Source: Desulfatiglandales bacterium (GTDB lineage: Bacteria > Desulfobacterota > DSM-4660 > Desulfatiglandales > Desulfatiglandaceae). Taken from it: a stretch of 64,000 bases of DNA. The DNA lies in contig OY762721.1 of assembly GCA_963666345.1 (NCBI GenBank), positions 800,001-864,000 on the forward strand, in the 5' to 3' direction. A program made the translations under genes and the position numbers. Below are positions 38,996 to 49,378 of the stretch, piece by piece. Under the pieces are notes generated by a model, which was not told the DNA's origin, made no database searches, and saw only the letters and a list, made by a program, of their open reading frames with translations. How positions within the stretch are numbered: position 1 is the stretch's first letter; each line of letters begins with the position of its first letter.

Positions 38996-41260
38996 TCAAG
39001 GCCCCTTTTTTCCCAAAAGTTCAGCAAAAGGATTGTGGAACGGCCTGTTTTCCCGGCCTCTTGCCGGTTTGGCCTTTTTCTCCGGCGCTTTTTTGGTAAC
39101 GGATCCGGTCCCCTGTTTTTCACGGCCTGAACCGGACTGCATGGAAAGGGCGATCCGACTGCGTTCAAGATCGATATCCAGCACCGTGACATTGACCCTC
39201 TGATGCACCTTTACCACCTTGGAGGGATCCTTGACAAAACGGTTTGCCATTTTACTTATATGCACTAGACCGTCCTGATGCACTCCTATATCCACAAAGG
39301 CGCCAAACGCGGTGATGTTTGTCACGATCCCCGGGACCTGCATCCCTACCCTGAGATCCGATATCTTTTCAATACCGCTTTCAAAGGCGAAGGCCTCGAA
39401 TTTGCGTCTCGGATCCCGCCCGGGTTTGGCAAGCTCGTTCATGATGTCCTTAAGGGTCGGAAGACCGATCTTATCGGACACATAGCGGGTAATATCGATT
39501 TTCCCGCGCAAATCGTCATCAGACATAAGCGCTTTGACATCGCACTTAAGATCCCGTGCCATCTCATACACGATCGGGTAGCTTTCCGGGTGCACCGCGC
39601 TTGCGTCAAGCGGATTGGCTCCGGCAGGTATTCTGAGAAAACCTGCGCACTGCTCAAAGGCCTTGCGGCCCAGCCGGGGAACCTCTTTGAGTTGATCACG
39701 CTCTTTAAAGGGCCCGTTTTCATCACGAAATGCGACGATGTTTCCGGCAAGCCTCGGTCCGAGGCCCGACACATAGGTCAGAAGCTGCACGCTGGCACGA
39801 TTGAGATCCACACCGACCATATTGACGCAGCTTATGACCACGTCATCCAGTGCCTGTTTCAGATCGTACTGATCCACATCGTGCTGGTACTGCCCCACCC
39901 CGATCGATTTGGGATCGATCTTGACCAGTTCGGACAAAGGGTCCATCAGACGCCGGCCTATTGAAACCGCACCCCGGATTGTCAGGTCCAGATCGGGGAA
40001 CTCTTCCCTGGCGGTTTCCGATGCGGAATAAACAGACGCGCCGCTTTCATTCACCAGAATCACCTTGATCCGTTCCGGCAGATCAAGGCCCCTTACCAGA
40101 GTCTCCGTCTCCCGGCCGGCCGTGCCGTTTCCTATGGCAATGGCTTCTATGTCGAAGCGGGCCACAAGATTTTTTATCTGCTCTTTTGCCTCCATATCCT
40201 TTTTTTCGGACATGTGGGGATATATGGTCTGATGATGCAGGAGTTTTCCCTGCCTGTCCAGGCAAACGACTTTACAGCCGGTCCTGAAGCCCGGATCAAT
40301 TCCCAGCACCCTTCTGGATCCCAGAGGCGGCTCAAGGAGAAGCTGGCGCAGGTTTTCCGCAAAGATGCGAATGGCTTCGGCATCGGCCCTCTGCTTGGTC
40401 AAGAGCCGCATCTCGGTTTCCATGGATCTTGAAAGCAGCCGCTTGTAGCAGTCGGCTATCGCAAGCCGCACCTGGGACCCGTTCTCATTATCGCCTTTGA
40501 CGAATATCGACTCAAGGAGTTCCACGGCATCCTGGGCGGAAGGGGCGACGGAAAGGCTCAGGATCTCTTCTTTTTCCCCCCTGCGCATGGCCAGGACCCT
40601 GTGCGACGGGGCGCTTATCGCTGGTTCCTGCCAGTCGAAATAATCTTTGTATTTGGCGCCGTCCGCCTCTTTTCCGCTCGAAACGCTGCTCTGAAACAGG
40701 GCCTTTTTTTCAAACAACCGCCTCATGGAGGCCCGGGCCCCCGGGTCTTCATTTATGGTCTCAGCTATGATATCGCGTGCTCCCGACAGGGCGTCTTCAA
40801 CCGTCTCGATCCCTTTTTCAGGATCGATGAATCCGGCCGCGGCCTCAAAGGGGTCGGCATCTCCCTGCTCCAGGATCATTTCCGCCAGTGGTTCAAGCCC
40901 CTTTTCACGGGCGATGGTTGCCTTTGTTCTTCTTTTGGGCTTAAAGGGAAGGTAGATATCTTCCAGGATCGACATGGTGCCGGCCGCCATTACCTGCCCT
41001 TTTAGTTCGTCTGTGAGATGACCGTTCAGTTCAAGCGATTTAAGTACGGCCTGCCTTCGGGCGTCAAGTTCCGCCACCTGGGCCAGTCGGTCGCGTATCG
41101 AGGTGACGACCACCTCATCCAGGCTGCCTGTGGCCTCTTTTCTGTAGCGCGCGATAAACGGTATGGTAGCGCCCTGCTCCAGCAGCCGGGCTGTTGCTTC
41201 CACCTGCGCGGTCTTACAACCAAGCTCCCCGCTTATAAGGGAAATATGATCTGAATTCAT
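38996..41260 (-). CDS. tex: Tex-family RNA-binding transcription accessory protein
   Basis: GATIPFIARYRKE, DPGFRTGCK, IGVGQYQHD, C-terminal S1 domain. Confidence 0.96.
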   Translation of the reverse strand: MNSDHISLISGELGCKTAQVEATARLLEQGATIPFIARYRKEATGSLDEVVVTSIRDRLAQVAELDARRQAVLKSLELNGHLTDELKGQVMAAGTMSILEDIYLPFKPKRRTKATIAREKGLEPLAEMILEQGDADPFEAAAGFIDPEKGIETVEDALSGARDIIAETINEDPGARASMRRLFEKKALFQSSVSSGKEADGAKYKDYFDWQEPAISAPSHRVLAMRRGEKEEILSLSVAPSAQDAVELLESIFVKGDNENGSQVRLAIADCYKRLLSRSMETEMRLLTKQRADAEAIRIFAENLRQLLLEPPLGSRRVLGIDPGFRTGCKVVCLDRQGKLLHHQTIYPHMSEKKDMEAKEQIKNLVARFDIEAIAIGNGTAGRETETLVRGLDLPERIKVILVNESGASVYSASETAREEFPDLDLTIRGAVSIGRRLMDPLSELVKIDPKSIGVGQYQHDVDQYDLKQALDDVVISCVNMVGVDLNRASVQLLTYVSGLGPRLAGNIVAFRDENGPFKERDQLKEVPRLGRKAFEQCAGFLRIPAGANPLDASAVHPESYPIVYEMARDLKCDVKALMSDDDLRGKIDITRYVSDKIGLPTLKDIMNELAKPGRDPRRKFEAFAFESGIEKISDLRVGMQVPGIVTNITAFGAFVDIGVHQDGLVHISKMANRFVKDPSKVVKVHQRVNVTVLDIDLERSRIALSMQSGSGREKQGTGSVTKKAPEKKAKPARGRENRPFHNPFAELLGKKGP

Positions 41261-41351
41261 AGGATCCTCTGTATGTAATAAGATTGAGGGCTGACTGCGC
41301 AGCCTCCGGGTATTCGTCTGTTTTCAACTGTGATCTCTGGTGAATGATTCG

Positions 41352-41414
41352 GGATCTTCTCCCGATTAGTTGTTCGATTAGCATATCTTTATTTACACGG
41401 TGCGACAAATCAGG
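41352..41414. repeat. 63-bp dispersed repeat, copy 2
   Basis: 55/63 identical to 19537-19599. Confidence 0.85.
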
Positions 41415-41544
41415 ATCCTTGAACCCTTTTTTACACAACTGAATCGGAGAAAAACCATAATTCGGGACCTTGATGCAGTCCCAGGCAAGTTATGCGGTCG
41501 GATTTCAAGGCTGATTCCCTTTTTCAGCCCCTCTTATTTTTTCA

Positions 41545-42693
41545 TCAACCGGTTTCCTTAAGGATATTGCAGATATCAGGACCGAAAAGTCTTATCTGCC
41601 ATTTTCTGATCCCTTCTATGGATTCCATGGCCTCTGGTTTTGCCGGGTTTGCGACGGAAATCGCCTCTAGCTGGGCATTCGTGCAGATTACGGCGGGATC
41701 GACCCTCCACTGACTCCCTATACGCTCACGCCACTTCTTTAATTCCTTTACGCGCGCTCTCTCCCTGGGCTTCAATCTCTGCCACACCTTTTTAGGGTAT
41801 ACGGGAAGAATCTCTTCCGGCAGATCCAGTCCCTTTCCGACTTCCTCGATAAGAGACTGCCCCATGTGATCTATCTGTTTAGGACTGAGGTCCTTTATTC
41901 CTGCCAGATCGGACTTGCTCAGCGGTTTGATCCGGCAAATCTCCATGATCGGGTTATTGCCGAGGACCTTGAAATGAGGCCGGTCCCTGCGTCTGGCCTC
42001 CTGATCCCTGAAGCCCAGGAGGTTCTCAAGGACCGCGAGGCTTCTCGGATCAAGCCTTGCCGCGCCCTTAAAACCGGGGAAAAAGGGCCTTTTTTTTGAT
42101 GAATTTGGCTGAACCCTGCTCAGCAGTTCACACTCCTCTTTTACACAAAAAAGCCGGTCCTTTTCCTTCAACTCTCTTTCAAGCATATCCGCCAATGCCA
42201 TAAGATGGCAGATATCCTGAACCGCATATTGAAGCATGGGTTCCGGAAGGGGCCTTTGAGACCAGTCTTTTTTCTGATATTTTTTATCGCTTGTGACATG
42301 AAACCGTTCATACAGCAGGCTGGCAAGGCCGGTTTCCTTCAGCCCGAGAAATCTTGCCGCGATCTGGGTATCAAACAGGGGCCGGACCTCGATGCCGAAA
42401 TCCCTTGCCAGGGAACGGATATCATAGTCCGCCCCGTGAAAGACCTTTCGCATCCGTTTGTCGGCAAAAACAGGGGCAAGGGGAGAAAGATCCTCAACCG
42501 AGAGTGGATCGATCAACAGGTTCAGCCTGCTGGTGGAGATCTGAACAAGACAGACCTTTTCCTGATAATGGAACATGGAGTCCGCTTCCAGATCCACACC
42601 TATTGCAGGCTCCCCCTGAAGCTCAGGTATTATCCTTTTCAGATCCGTGTCATCCTGGATCAGCATATATTCCGTGTCAACACTATTTGTCAT
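41545..42693 (-). CDS. rnd: Ribonuclease D (DEDD exonuclease + HRDC)
   Basis: VDLEAD, FHGADYD, LFDTQIA, DWSQRPL, YAVQD; start uncertain. Confidence 0.9.
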   Translation of the reverse strand: MTNSVDTEYMLIQDDTDLKRIIPELQGEPAIGVDLEADSMFHYQEKVCLVQISTSRLNLLIDPLSVEDLSPLAPVFADKRMRKVFHGADYDIRSLARDFGIEVRPLFDTQIAARFLGLKETGLASLLYERFHVTSDKKYQKKDWSQRPLPEPMLQYAVQDICHLMALADMLERELKEKDRLFCVKEECELLSRVQPNSSKKRPFFPGFKGAARLDPRSLAVLENLLGFRDQEARRRDRPHFKVLGNNPIMEICRIKPLSKSDLAGIKDLSPKQIDHMGQSLIEEVGKGLDLPEEILPVYPKKVWQRLKPRERARVKELKKWRERIGSQWRVDPAVICTNAQLEAISVANPAKPEAMESIEGIRKWQIRLFGPDICNILKETG

Positions 42694-43052
42694 CTTATGT
42701 TTCGTTTCTATCCTCTGGATCAAATGTTCAAATCTCAACTCTCAAATGTTTCCCTTAAGGCACATACGCCATTAAAGCTCCCATTAATATCTCAGCGCCG
42801 CTCAGAATGCAATAGCCGCCCTTGTATCAGGTCTTGAAATATAAGGTTAATGCTCCGGTTTACAGGTGGGGCGGCACATCAGCCGATAAATTTCGTGTTG
42901 CATCTAACAAGTATCTTTTGAATGATAACACCGTTAAAAAGCGGTATGGATAAAGAAAGCGATAAGCACGAGGCCCGCGGCCCCGGCCTGCAATTTTGAT
43001 CACCAATCACCTGGGCGGGTTTCAATATGCAATCCCGCTTAAATTCAACCGG

Positions 43053-44948
43053 TTATTTGCCGTCCGTACCGATAGCTTCCAGCATCTCCCACCTCTCATA
43101 TGCTATAGACAGAGCTTTTTCCAGTTCTTCAATCCTTGCCCTGCCCTGCCTGATGAGGGAACCTTCCTGCCTGTAGAATGAGGGATCAGCCATGGAGTCA
43201 TAGATTTCGCGCTGCTCTTTTTCCATGGCCTCAATCTTCTGCGGCAGGGCCTCCAGTTCGCGTGTTTCCTTGAAGGTGAGCTTTCTCGGCCCGGCCGGCT
43301 TCGGCCTCTTTTTTATCTTCTTTTCAGACGCGGGTTTTGTCTCTGACTTCTCAGCCGGTCGCTGCGAAAGCCAGTCATCATATCCTCCGGCATATTCCCC
43401 TATTTTGCCCTGTTTCTCAAAAACAAGTGTGGAAGTAACCACATTATTAAGGAATGCGCGCTCGTGGCTCACCAGAAGAACCGTTCCGCTGTAATCAAAA
43501 AGCAACTCCTCCAGAAGCTCCAGGGTCTCGACGTCAAGGTCGTTTGTCGGCTCATCCAGCACCAGGATATTAGCGGGCTTTGTAAAGAGCCTGGCCAGAA
43601 GCAACCGGTTCCGCTCGCCCCCTGACAGCACCCGGACCGGGGAGCGTGCCCGATCAGGTGTGAAAAGAAAATCCCGCAAATAGCCGAAGATATGTTTCGG
43701 TCTGCCGTTAATAGTCAGCATGTCGCTGCCTTCCCCGACATAGTTGACGACCGTGTCATTTTCATCGGGCAGGACCCGATGCTGATCAAAATACGCTGCT
43801 TCAAGATTGGCGCCGAGCCTGACAGATCCCTTCTGCGGGTTAAGGTCGCCGAGCAACAATCGAAGCAGGGTGGTTTTGCCGGAACCGTTCGGCCCGATAA
43901 TGCCTACCCTGTCGCCACGCAGGATTGTTGTGGAAAACTCCCTGATAACGGTCGCGTCTCCATAGCCGAATGTCACTCCCTTTAACTCCGCCACCAGTTT
44001 TCCCGACGGCACCGCATCCTGGACACGCATACTGGCAAGGCCGGCAGGCTCCTGCCTGGCCCCGCGTTCTTTACGCATTTTCACAAGGTCTCGGACCCTT
44101 CCCTCATTTCTGGTCCGCCTGGCTTTGATCCCCTGGCGTATCCATATTTCCTCCTGGGCAAGCTTTTTGTCGAAACGGGCCTGCCGGGATGCTTCGGCCG
44201 CCAGGGTTTCGGCCTTCCTTCTGAGAAACGTATCATAATCGCCGGGCCAGCTTGTAAGGCAACCCCTGTCGAGATTGACTATACGGGTCGCAAGCCTTCT
44301 GAGAAGCATCCGGTCATGGGTTACGAATAAAAGGGTGATGTTCCTTTTTAACAAAAACTCTTCCACCCAGGTTATGGCATTGATATCAAGATGGTTGGTA
44401 GGCTCATCAAGGAGCAGGAGATCCGGGTCGCTCACCAGTGCCGAGGCCAGTAGAACTCTTCTTTTCATGCCGCCGGATAGTTCCGAATAGTTCAGGTCGG
44501 GATTCAACTCAAGTCGGGAGATAACCGTTTCCACTCGCTGCTGGGCCTGCCAGCCCCCTGCGGTTTCCAGCTGGTGCTGCACGGTTTCCATTTCAGTCAG
44601 CAGATTTTCGCCTTCGCCTGAACTCAGGCGCATTGAAACATCATGGTAGCGGGTAAGAAGGTCCTGTAATTCTCCAAGCCCGCCGGCAACTACCTCAAAC
44701 ACGGAGCCGTCAAGATCCAGTGCAACATCCTGAGCGATATGAGCGACACGGAGCACCTTCTGCCTGATAATGTCGCCGCTGTCCGCCTTAAGGTCTCCTG
44801 CGATCAATTTCATGAGACAAGATTTGCCTTCGCCGTTGCGGCCGATCAGACAGACCCGTTCCCACGGCTCAATCTGAAGGTTGACCTGATTCAGCACGGG
44901 CGGGCCGCCGAAACTCAGGGTTATATTCTGTAGGCTGATAAGAGACAT
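43053..44948 (-). CDS. uup: ABC-F ATPase Uup
   Basis: Two ABC domains, EEIWIRQGIKARRTRNEGR linker, C-terminal coiled coil. Confidence 0.94.
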   Translation of the reverse strand: MSLISLQNITLSFGGPPVLNQVNLQIEPWERVCLIGRNGEGKSCLMKLIAGDLKADSGDIIRQKVLRVAHIAQDVALDLDGSVFEVVAGGLGELQDLLTRYHDVSMRLSSGEGENLLTEMETVQHQLETAGGWQAQQRVETVISRLELNPDLNYSELSGGMKRRVLLASALVSDPDLLLLDEPTNHLDINAITWVEEFLLKRNITLLFVTHDRMLLRRLATRIVNLDRGCLTSWPGDYDTFLRRKAETLAAEASRQARFDKKLAQEEIWIRQGIKARRTRNEGRVRDLVKMRKERGARQEPAGLASMRVQDAVPSGKLVAELKGVTFGYGDATVIREFSTTILRGDRVGIIGPNGSGKTTLLRLLLGDLNPQKGSVRLGANLEAAYFDQHRVLPDENDTVVNYVGEGSDMLTINGRPKHIFGYLRDFLFTPDRARSPVRVLSGGERNRLLLARLFTKPANILVLDEPTNDLDVETLELLEELLFDYSGTVLLVSHERAFLNNVVTSTLVFEKQGKIGEYAGGYDDWLSQRPAEKSETKPASEKKIKKRPKPAGPRKLTFKETRELEALPQKIEAMEKEQREIYDSMADPSFYRQEGSLIRQGRARIEELEKALSIAYERWEMLEAIGTDGK

Positions 44949-45293
44949 GGAGCGCTTTTATACCTTTTTAAGGACTATGGCAACCTTATCCCGTATCCGC
45001 CGTCTAATCGGGAGACAGGGAAGCAGACCAATGGATGGGGAAGACGTCACGGACACCGCGCGGGGATGAAACAATGGAGGATATCCTCAAAGACCAGGAA
45101 CCGGAAGGAACGACGAAAACGGCTTTACTCCGAACAATAAAAAACGGGGCGCTGCTCATAAAAAAGGCGAATTCCTGAGACTACCGAGGCCTATATCCTC
45201 ATTTTCGAATTCCTTTTAAAGCCGCGGGGTGCCGGATAACCAACTTAAGCCTGAACAAAATTCCTCTGGCCGGACCATGCTCCCGCATTTAAC

Positions 45294-45935
45294 TCAAAGC
45301 TCACAAAGCATGCGGGCCATTCCCGGAAAGCCGACTTCTCTTTCAAAATAGGGGTCCCGCTTTTCATCGACTATTTTGAATCCCTGCTTTTCATAGGCCT
45401 CCTGGGCCGCCCTGTTTCCGATGTAGATGTTAATCTGAGCAATTCGAAAACCGAGTCGCCGGCCCTTTTCAAGTATTGCCCCAAGCAGACTGTTTGCGAT
45501 TCCCTTCTGTCGGAATTCTCCCGCTGTTGCCACACTATCGATAACCCACGCCCCCTTAAATGAAGCCGGGATGCATTCCAGGATCCCTGGAGAACCCCTT
45601 CCCTTCATTTCATCTGTCGGGTGCATCTGCACCTTTCCGAAGGCCTCAGGCAGGGCTTTGCGGAGTGAAGGGTATCCCAAAACATCGGGATCGTATCCGC
45701 CAAGCCCTGCCACCGGGCGTCCCTCCACTTCCGCCACAAGATAGCATGAATGATGAAAAAGATGAGGCCTTTGGGTAACGGACAAAACTTCCAGGAATGA
45801 AAGGCATTTATCCTCAGGTTCATTGAGGACGACTTCCCAGATTCCTCTCTTTCCTTCCGCCCGTCCTGCGGTAAGTATAAGCCACGCAAGAAAGGCGGCA
45901 TCATCGCCGCGGGCTGACCGGATTTTCATATCCAT
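45294..45935 (-). CDS. GNAT-family acetyltransferase
   Basis: VATAGEFRQKGIA, GNRAAQEAYEKQGF. Confidence 0.85.
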   Translation of the reverse strand: MDMKIRSARGDDAAFLAWLILTAGRAEGKRGIWEVVLNEPEDKCLSFLEVLSVTQRPHLFHHSCYLVAEVEGRPVAGLGGYDPDVLGYPSLRKALPEAFGKVQMHPTDEMKGRGSPGILECIPASFKGAWVIDSVATAGEFRQKGIANSLLGAILEKGRRLGFRIAQINIYIGNRAAQEAYEKQGFKIVDEKRDPYFEREVGFPGMARMLCEL

Positions 45936-46009
45936 AACCTACACTCCCTTGCTTCCAGACCGTGTGTATTTGAGCACCCTCTCGAATCCCTTGCCGATCT
46001 TTGGGGTTC

Positions 46010-46085
46010 GCTCTTTCGATAGCACTACTTACCGCACTATGATGGGTTCAAGGCTGCGGTAACTAATGTTAACCTCAAACAATGG
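46010..46085. repeat. Degenerate copy of the GACCCC-ended element (end missing)
   Basis: 46031-46085 aligns without gaps to 53968-54022; minus strand reads HSAVSSAIER. Confidence 0.7.
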
Positions 46086-46108
46086 ACCGGCAGACCGAAT
46101 CCTCTCCA

Positions 46109-46618
46109 TTATCCGGTTTCCACAAACCGCTTCTGGCTCTTCAGGGCAAAGGCCCTTGCATCAACCGCCCTGGACACGGCGAGCACACCGTCAAGATGAT
46201 CGTACTCGTGCTGGAGCAACTCCGACATGTCACCATGTAGAACAACTGAATCCTCTTCCCACTCCTGATTCAGGTATCTGATACGGCATGACCTGTGTCG
46301 CGTCACCTTTACCAAAAGATCGGGAAAGCACATGCAGTCGTCCCACACCTCCATCATTTCTTCACTCATCTCCTCCAGCCGCGGATTGATAAAGGCGGTC
46401 GAAACATCACCTACGGACATGTAGATAAGCCGTTTCATGACTCCGATCTGAGGGGCGGCGATGGCTCTGCCCACTCCGTACTCTCTGCGGAAATCCATCA
46501 TCGTGTCATGCAGATCATTCACCACGTTCTTTATGGTCTCCAACTCCTCAAAAGACACCGGTTCGCACCGCCTGTACAATTGGGGATTCCCCAGAAGCAA
46601 AATCGGCCGGATTGTCAT
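46109..46618 (-). CDS. def: Peptide deformylase, divergent
   Basis: GRAIAAPQIG, WDDCMCFP, QHEYDHLDG. Confidence 0.88.
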   Translation of the reverse strand: MTIRPILLLGNPQLYRRCEPVSFEELETIKNVVNDLHDTMMDFRREYGVGRAIAAPQIGVMKRLIYMSVGDVSTAFINPRLEEMSEEMMEVWDDCMCFPDLLVKVTRHRSCRIRYLNQEWEEDSVVLHGDMSELLQHEYDHLDGVLAVSRAVDARAFALKSQKRFVETG

Positions 46619-46634
46619 TTCCTTTCTCTCTTTC

Positions 46635-47141
46635 CTATATCGTTTTAAGTCTTTCCTGAAGAACCTCAACCGGGTATTTGAGCCCGATCGCGCTCAGCAG
46701 GTTTCTGTTTAATTTCTTGTTCAGTTCATACAGGGGGGCTGCCTTTAACCCGCCATTGAAGCGAATTTCCCATTCAAGCTGAATCTTTTGCTCATTCATC
46801 GACCCAAGGACGCTTCTGCTCTTTGTCTTTGAAAACAGGATCTGCTCATGCTCGTTCAGTACGGCCTCGATCTGTCTTTGTGAGAAGCCCTCATTCAGCA
46901 GGTTCTTGAATAAGTGCTCCGTGAAAATATAGTGGAATTTCCTGAAATCAGGCTTTCTCAGGAAGGGAATAAACATGGTGAAAAGTGTTGAATCATTGGT
47001 GATCAGCACGCATTTTCTTCTTTCAATATTTATCAGGTTTGCGTGCCACCTCCCAAGCAGACTGCTGATCGGCTCGACATTATCAGTCGGATCCGCATCC
47101 AGTTCTTTCAGTAATTTTTTCGTACAACAGATGAGCTGCAC
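46635..47141 (-). CDS. Hypothetical protein (DUF6933-like)
   Basis: CTKKLL, WHANLI, RRKCVLITN, KTKSRSVLGSMN; GTG start. Confidence 0.7.
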   Translation of the reverse strand: MQLICCTKKLLKELDADPTDNVEPISSLLGRWHANLINIERRKCVLITNDSTLFTMFIPFLRKPDFRKFHYIFTEHLFKNLLNEGFSQRQIEAVLNEHEQILFSKTKSRSVLGSMNEQKIQLEWEIRFNGGLKAAPLYELNKKLNRNLLSAIGLKYPVEVLQERLKTI

Positions 47142-47179
47142 CCTATTTCCCCTTTACGATTAAGGTTTGAGCAGTCAGG

Positions 47180-47206
47180 CAAAAGTCACAGGCAGACACC
47201 TGCCCC
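47180..47206. repeat. Isolated end motif of the GACCCC element family
   Basis: CAAAAGTCACAGGCAGACACCTGCCCC resembles CAAAGGTCAACGGCATACTTGACCCC (49350-49375). Confidence 0.5.
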
Positions 47207-47217
47207 TCTGGTTTCCT

Positions 47218-47970
47218 CTACCCCAACTTTCTTGCTATATACACACCATAACCGTAGTAAGTTTTATATTTCTCATAAAGTTCAATTTCCCGCTTTTCCC
47301 ATTCCACTATTGCGCCTGCTTCTTCACTATTGCCATTACGGTCAAGAAAATCTTCAAATCTATCCTGCATGGGCCTATAATAATTATCCAGCCAACAATG
47401 CTCCGGTAAAACAAAATAACCAATCGGAGAATAGCCGTTCTTCTCCAGTATACCTGTCTTCGAAGAGGCCGTATCTATTTCGGGGTATTCGCCATCCCAA
47501 TATTTTTGAAGCTCCGACGGTCGGGAGCCTGTAATCCAGGTAATCTCCGAAACAACCAGCAGCCCGCCAACTTTCAGATAACGGTTCCAGTCTTTTACGC
47601 CCCTTTCAAATCCGACATTGTATATCGCGCCCTCAGACCAGATAACATCATACTCCTCATCTCCAAACGGCAGATTGTCCATTGAGCAGTCAAGAGTCGA
47701 TATTTTTTCAGAAAGCCCCATTTTTTCAGCTCCAGCTTCAAGTACTTCAAGAAATTCCTGAAGGAAATCCACTGCCGTAATTTGAGCTTTCAACAGGCGG
47801 GCGAGCAACAGGGTTGACGCCCCCGTGCCGCATCCTATATCGGCAATCTTTAATGGCGCAGACCGGTCCAACATAGACAGGTCAATAGCCTTTTCCGTCT
47901 CTGCATCACCGCCCGGACCCTGCCGTTTTGCACTTTTATGAAGGTCTGTCAAAAGTTGATAATCATCCAC
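47218..47970 (-). CDS. Class I SAM-dependent methyltransferase
   Basis: RQGPG, ADIGCGTG, IWSEGAIYN; GTG start after AGGAG. Confidence 0.92.
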   Translation of the reverse strand: MDDYQLLTDLHKSAKRQGPGGDAETEKAIDLSMLDRSAPLKIADIGCGTGASTLLLARLLKAQITAVDFLQEFLEVLEAGAEKMGLSEKISTLDCSMDNLPFGDEEYDVIWSEGAIYNVGFERGVKDWNRYLKVGGLLVVSEITWITGSRPSELQKYWDGEYPEIDTASSKTGILEKNGYSPIGYFVLPEHCWLDNYYRPMQDRFEDFLDRNGNSEEAGAIVEWEKREIELYEKYKTYYGYGVYIARKLG

Positions 47971-48168
47971 TAATCTCTCCTTACCTTTTTGCAGCCATTA
48001 CAACCAATTATACGGTTTCGTTTAAATCCCGGCAAAATATCCCGCGCAGATAAAGGCCGGGTATTTCACAACTTGACCGGCCGCACAACTCCGCAAGTTG
48101 AATGTTTTCCGGAAAACCATATTATTCCGATTTTACCTATTTAAGTTTGGGTTATCAAGCCTGCCCGT

Positions 48169-48197
48169 TTGACAAAACAGAAGATCAAACCTACTCT
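48169..48197 (+). promoter_or_regulatory. Sigma70 promoter
   Basis: TTGACA-17 bp-TACTCT just upstream of the J-domain gene RBS. Confidence 0.55.
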
Positions 48198-48218
48198 AAC
48201 TGAAAAAAGGAGGAATTC

Positions 48219-49232
48219 TTGTACCTCAAAAGAGTATACGCGCGGGACGGTTATCATTACCTTCTTTCCGAATCATATCCCGGACAAAAATGTTGGAAAC
48301 ACCGGGTCCTGACGGACCTGGGAACCGATCCAGGGCTCTATTTCGAATACCCCGGGGGAAACAGTTTTCATGTAAGGGAGGAGTTCCTGGAAACGGTTCA
48401 GTCAATGACCGACCGTTTCAGTGAAGATGAATTGGAAGCTCTTCTCATGCCCTTTTTGGACCCTCGTATCAGGCAAACCGTGGAACAGTTTGAACGGCCC
48501 AAAGAACCCTTCAAAGCCTGGCGGCATCTTTCATCAGACCAGGTACTGGCACAACAAAGAGGCCTCCATTCCTTTGACAAACGCCGGATTCACTACCTTC
48601 GTTTCGGACGGGTCCAGATGGGGGACCTGGATCGCAGGCCGTTGCGTTTTTTTCAGTTGCTTCATGAAAAAAGCCGGGATGAAATCGAAGCAGTGATGGA
48701 TAAAATGGAACTGGCTCTGCCCCTTCATGAAAGACGTGTCTATGTGTATACCGCCTTTCACCTTCAAACCCGATTCCCGGGCCTATACACGAGAAACCAC
48801 CCGTCGGCCCTTGATCCGGAAAAGGTGGATGAATTCTTTATGGAGAGTATCTGCGCGCTCAACCGGGATAGACGATTTTTCAGGGGTACCGAACCTCATG
48901 ACCCGGAATCGCTTCATCCCTACCTTATTAAGTATCTGATTCTCTATTTTGACAACGACTTTGTTCCCGGAACCTTTTGGGCCCAGTATGTTGAAGACTT
49001 CATGTGGAAACATCAGTTTTACCGAAGACCCAGGCCGCGGCCCTCGCCTACCCATGAAGAGGCCTGCCGATGCCTTGAGATCTCCCTTGATGATTTTCAG
49101 AAAATGGACCGTGCAATGCTGACCCGCTGTTATCGAAAACTGGCAAAAAGAACTCACCCAGACCGGGGAGGAGACGCAGGGCATTTCGTCGAAATAAAGG
49201 CTGCCTACGAGATCCTGATGGAAATGAAATAA
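48219..49232 (+). CDS. Protein with C-terminal J-domain
   Basis: YRKLAKRTHPDRGG...IKAAYEIL; TTG start after AGGAGG. Confidence 0.82.
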   Translation: MYLKRVYARDGYHYLLSESYPGQKCWKHRVLTDLGTDPGLYFEYPGGNSFHVREEFLETVQSMTDRFSEDELEALLMPFLDPRIRQTVEQFERPKEPFKAWRHLSSDQVLAQQRGLHSFDKRRIHYLRFGRVQMGDLDRRPLRFFQLLHEKSRDEIEAVMDKMELALPLHERRVYVYTAFHLQTRFPGLYTRNHPSALDPEKVDEFFMESICALNRDRRFFRGTEPHDPESLHPYLIKYLILYFDNDFVPGTFWAQYVEDFMWKHQFYRRPRPRPSPTHEEACRCLEISLDDFQKMDRAMLTRCYRKLAKRTHPDRGGDAGHFVEIKAAYEILMEMK

Positions 49233-49300
49233 GGAGTCATTGAAAGGTCTTTCCCTTCGATTACGCGTGGCGCTCAAAAGGGGCGGTTTACCCCCTCGCC

Positions 49301-49375
49301 ACTACACTCTAATGAATTTAAGGCCGCGGTGGCTTAAATTAACTTCGAACAAAGGTCAACGGCATACTTGACCCC
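49301..49375. repeat. GACCCC-ended element, right part
   Basis: 60/75 identical, ungapped, to 53968-54042. Confidence 0.85.
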
Positions 49376-49378
49376 CCT

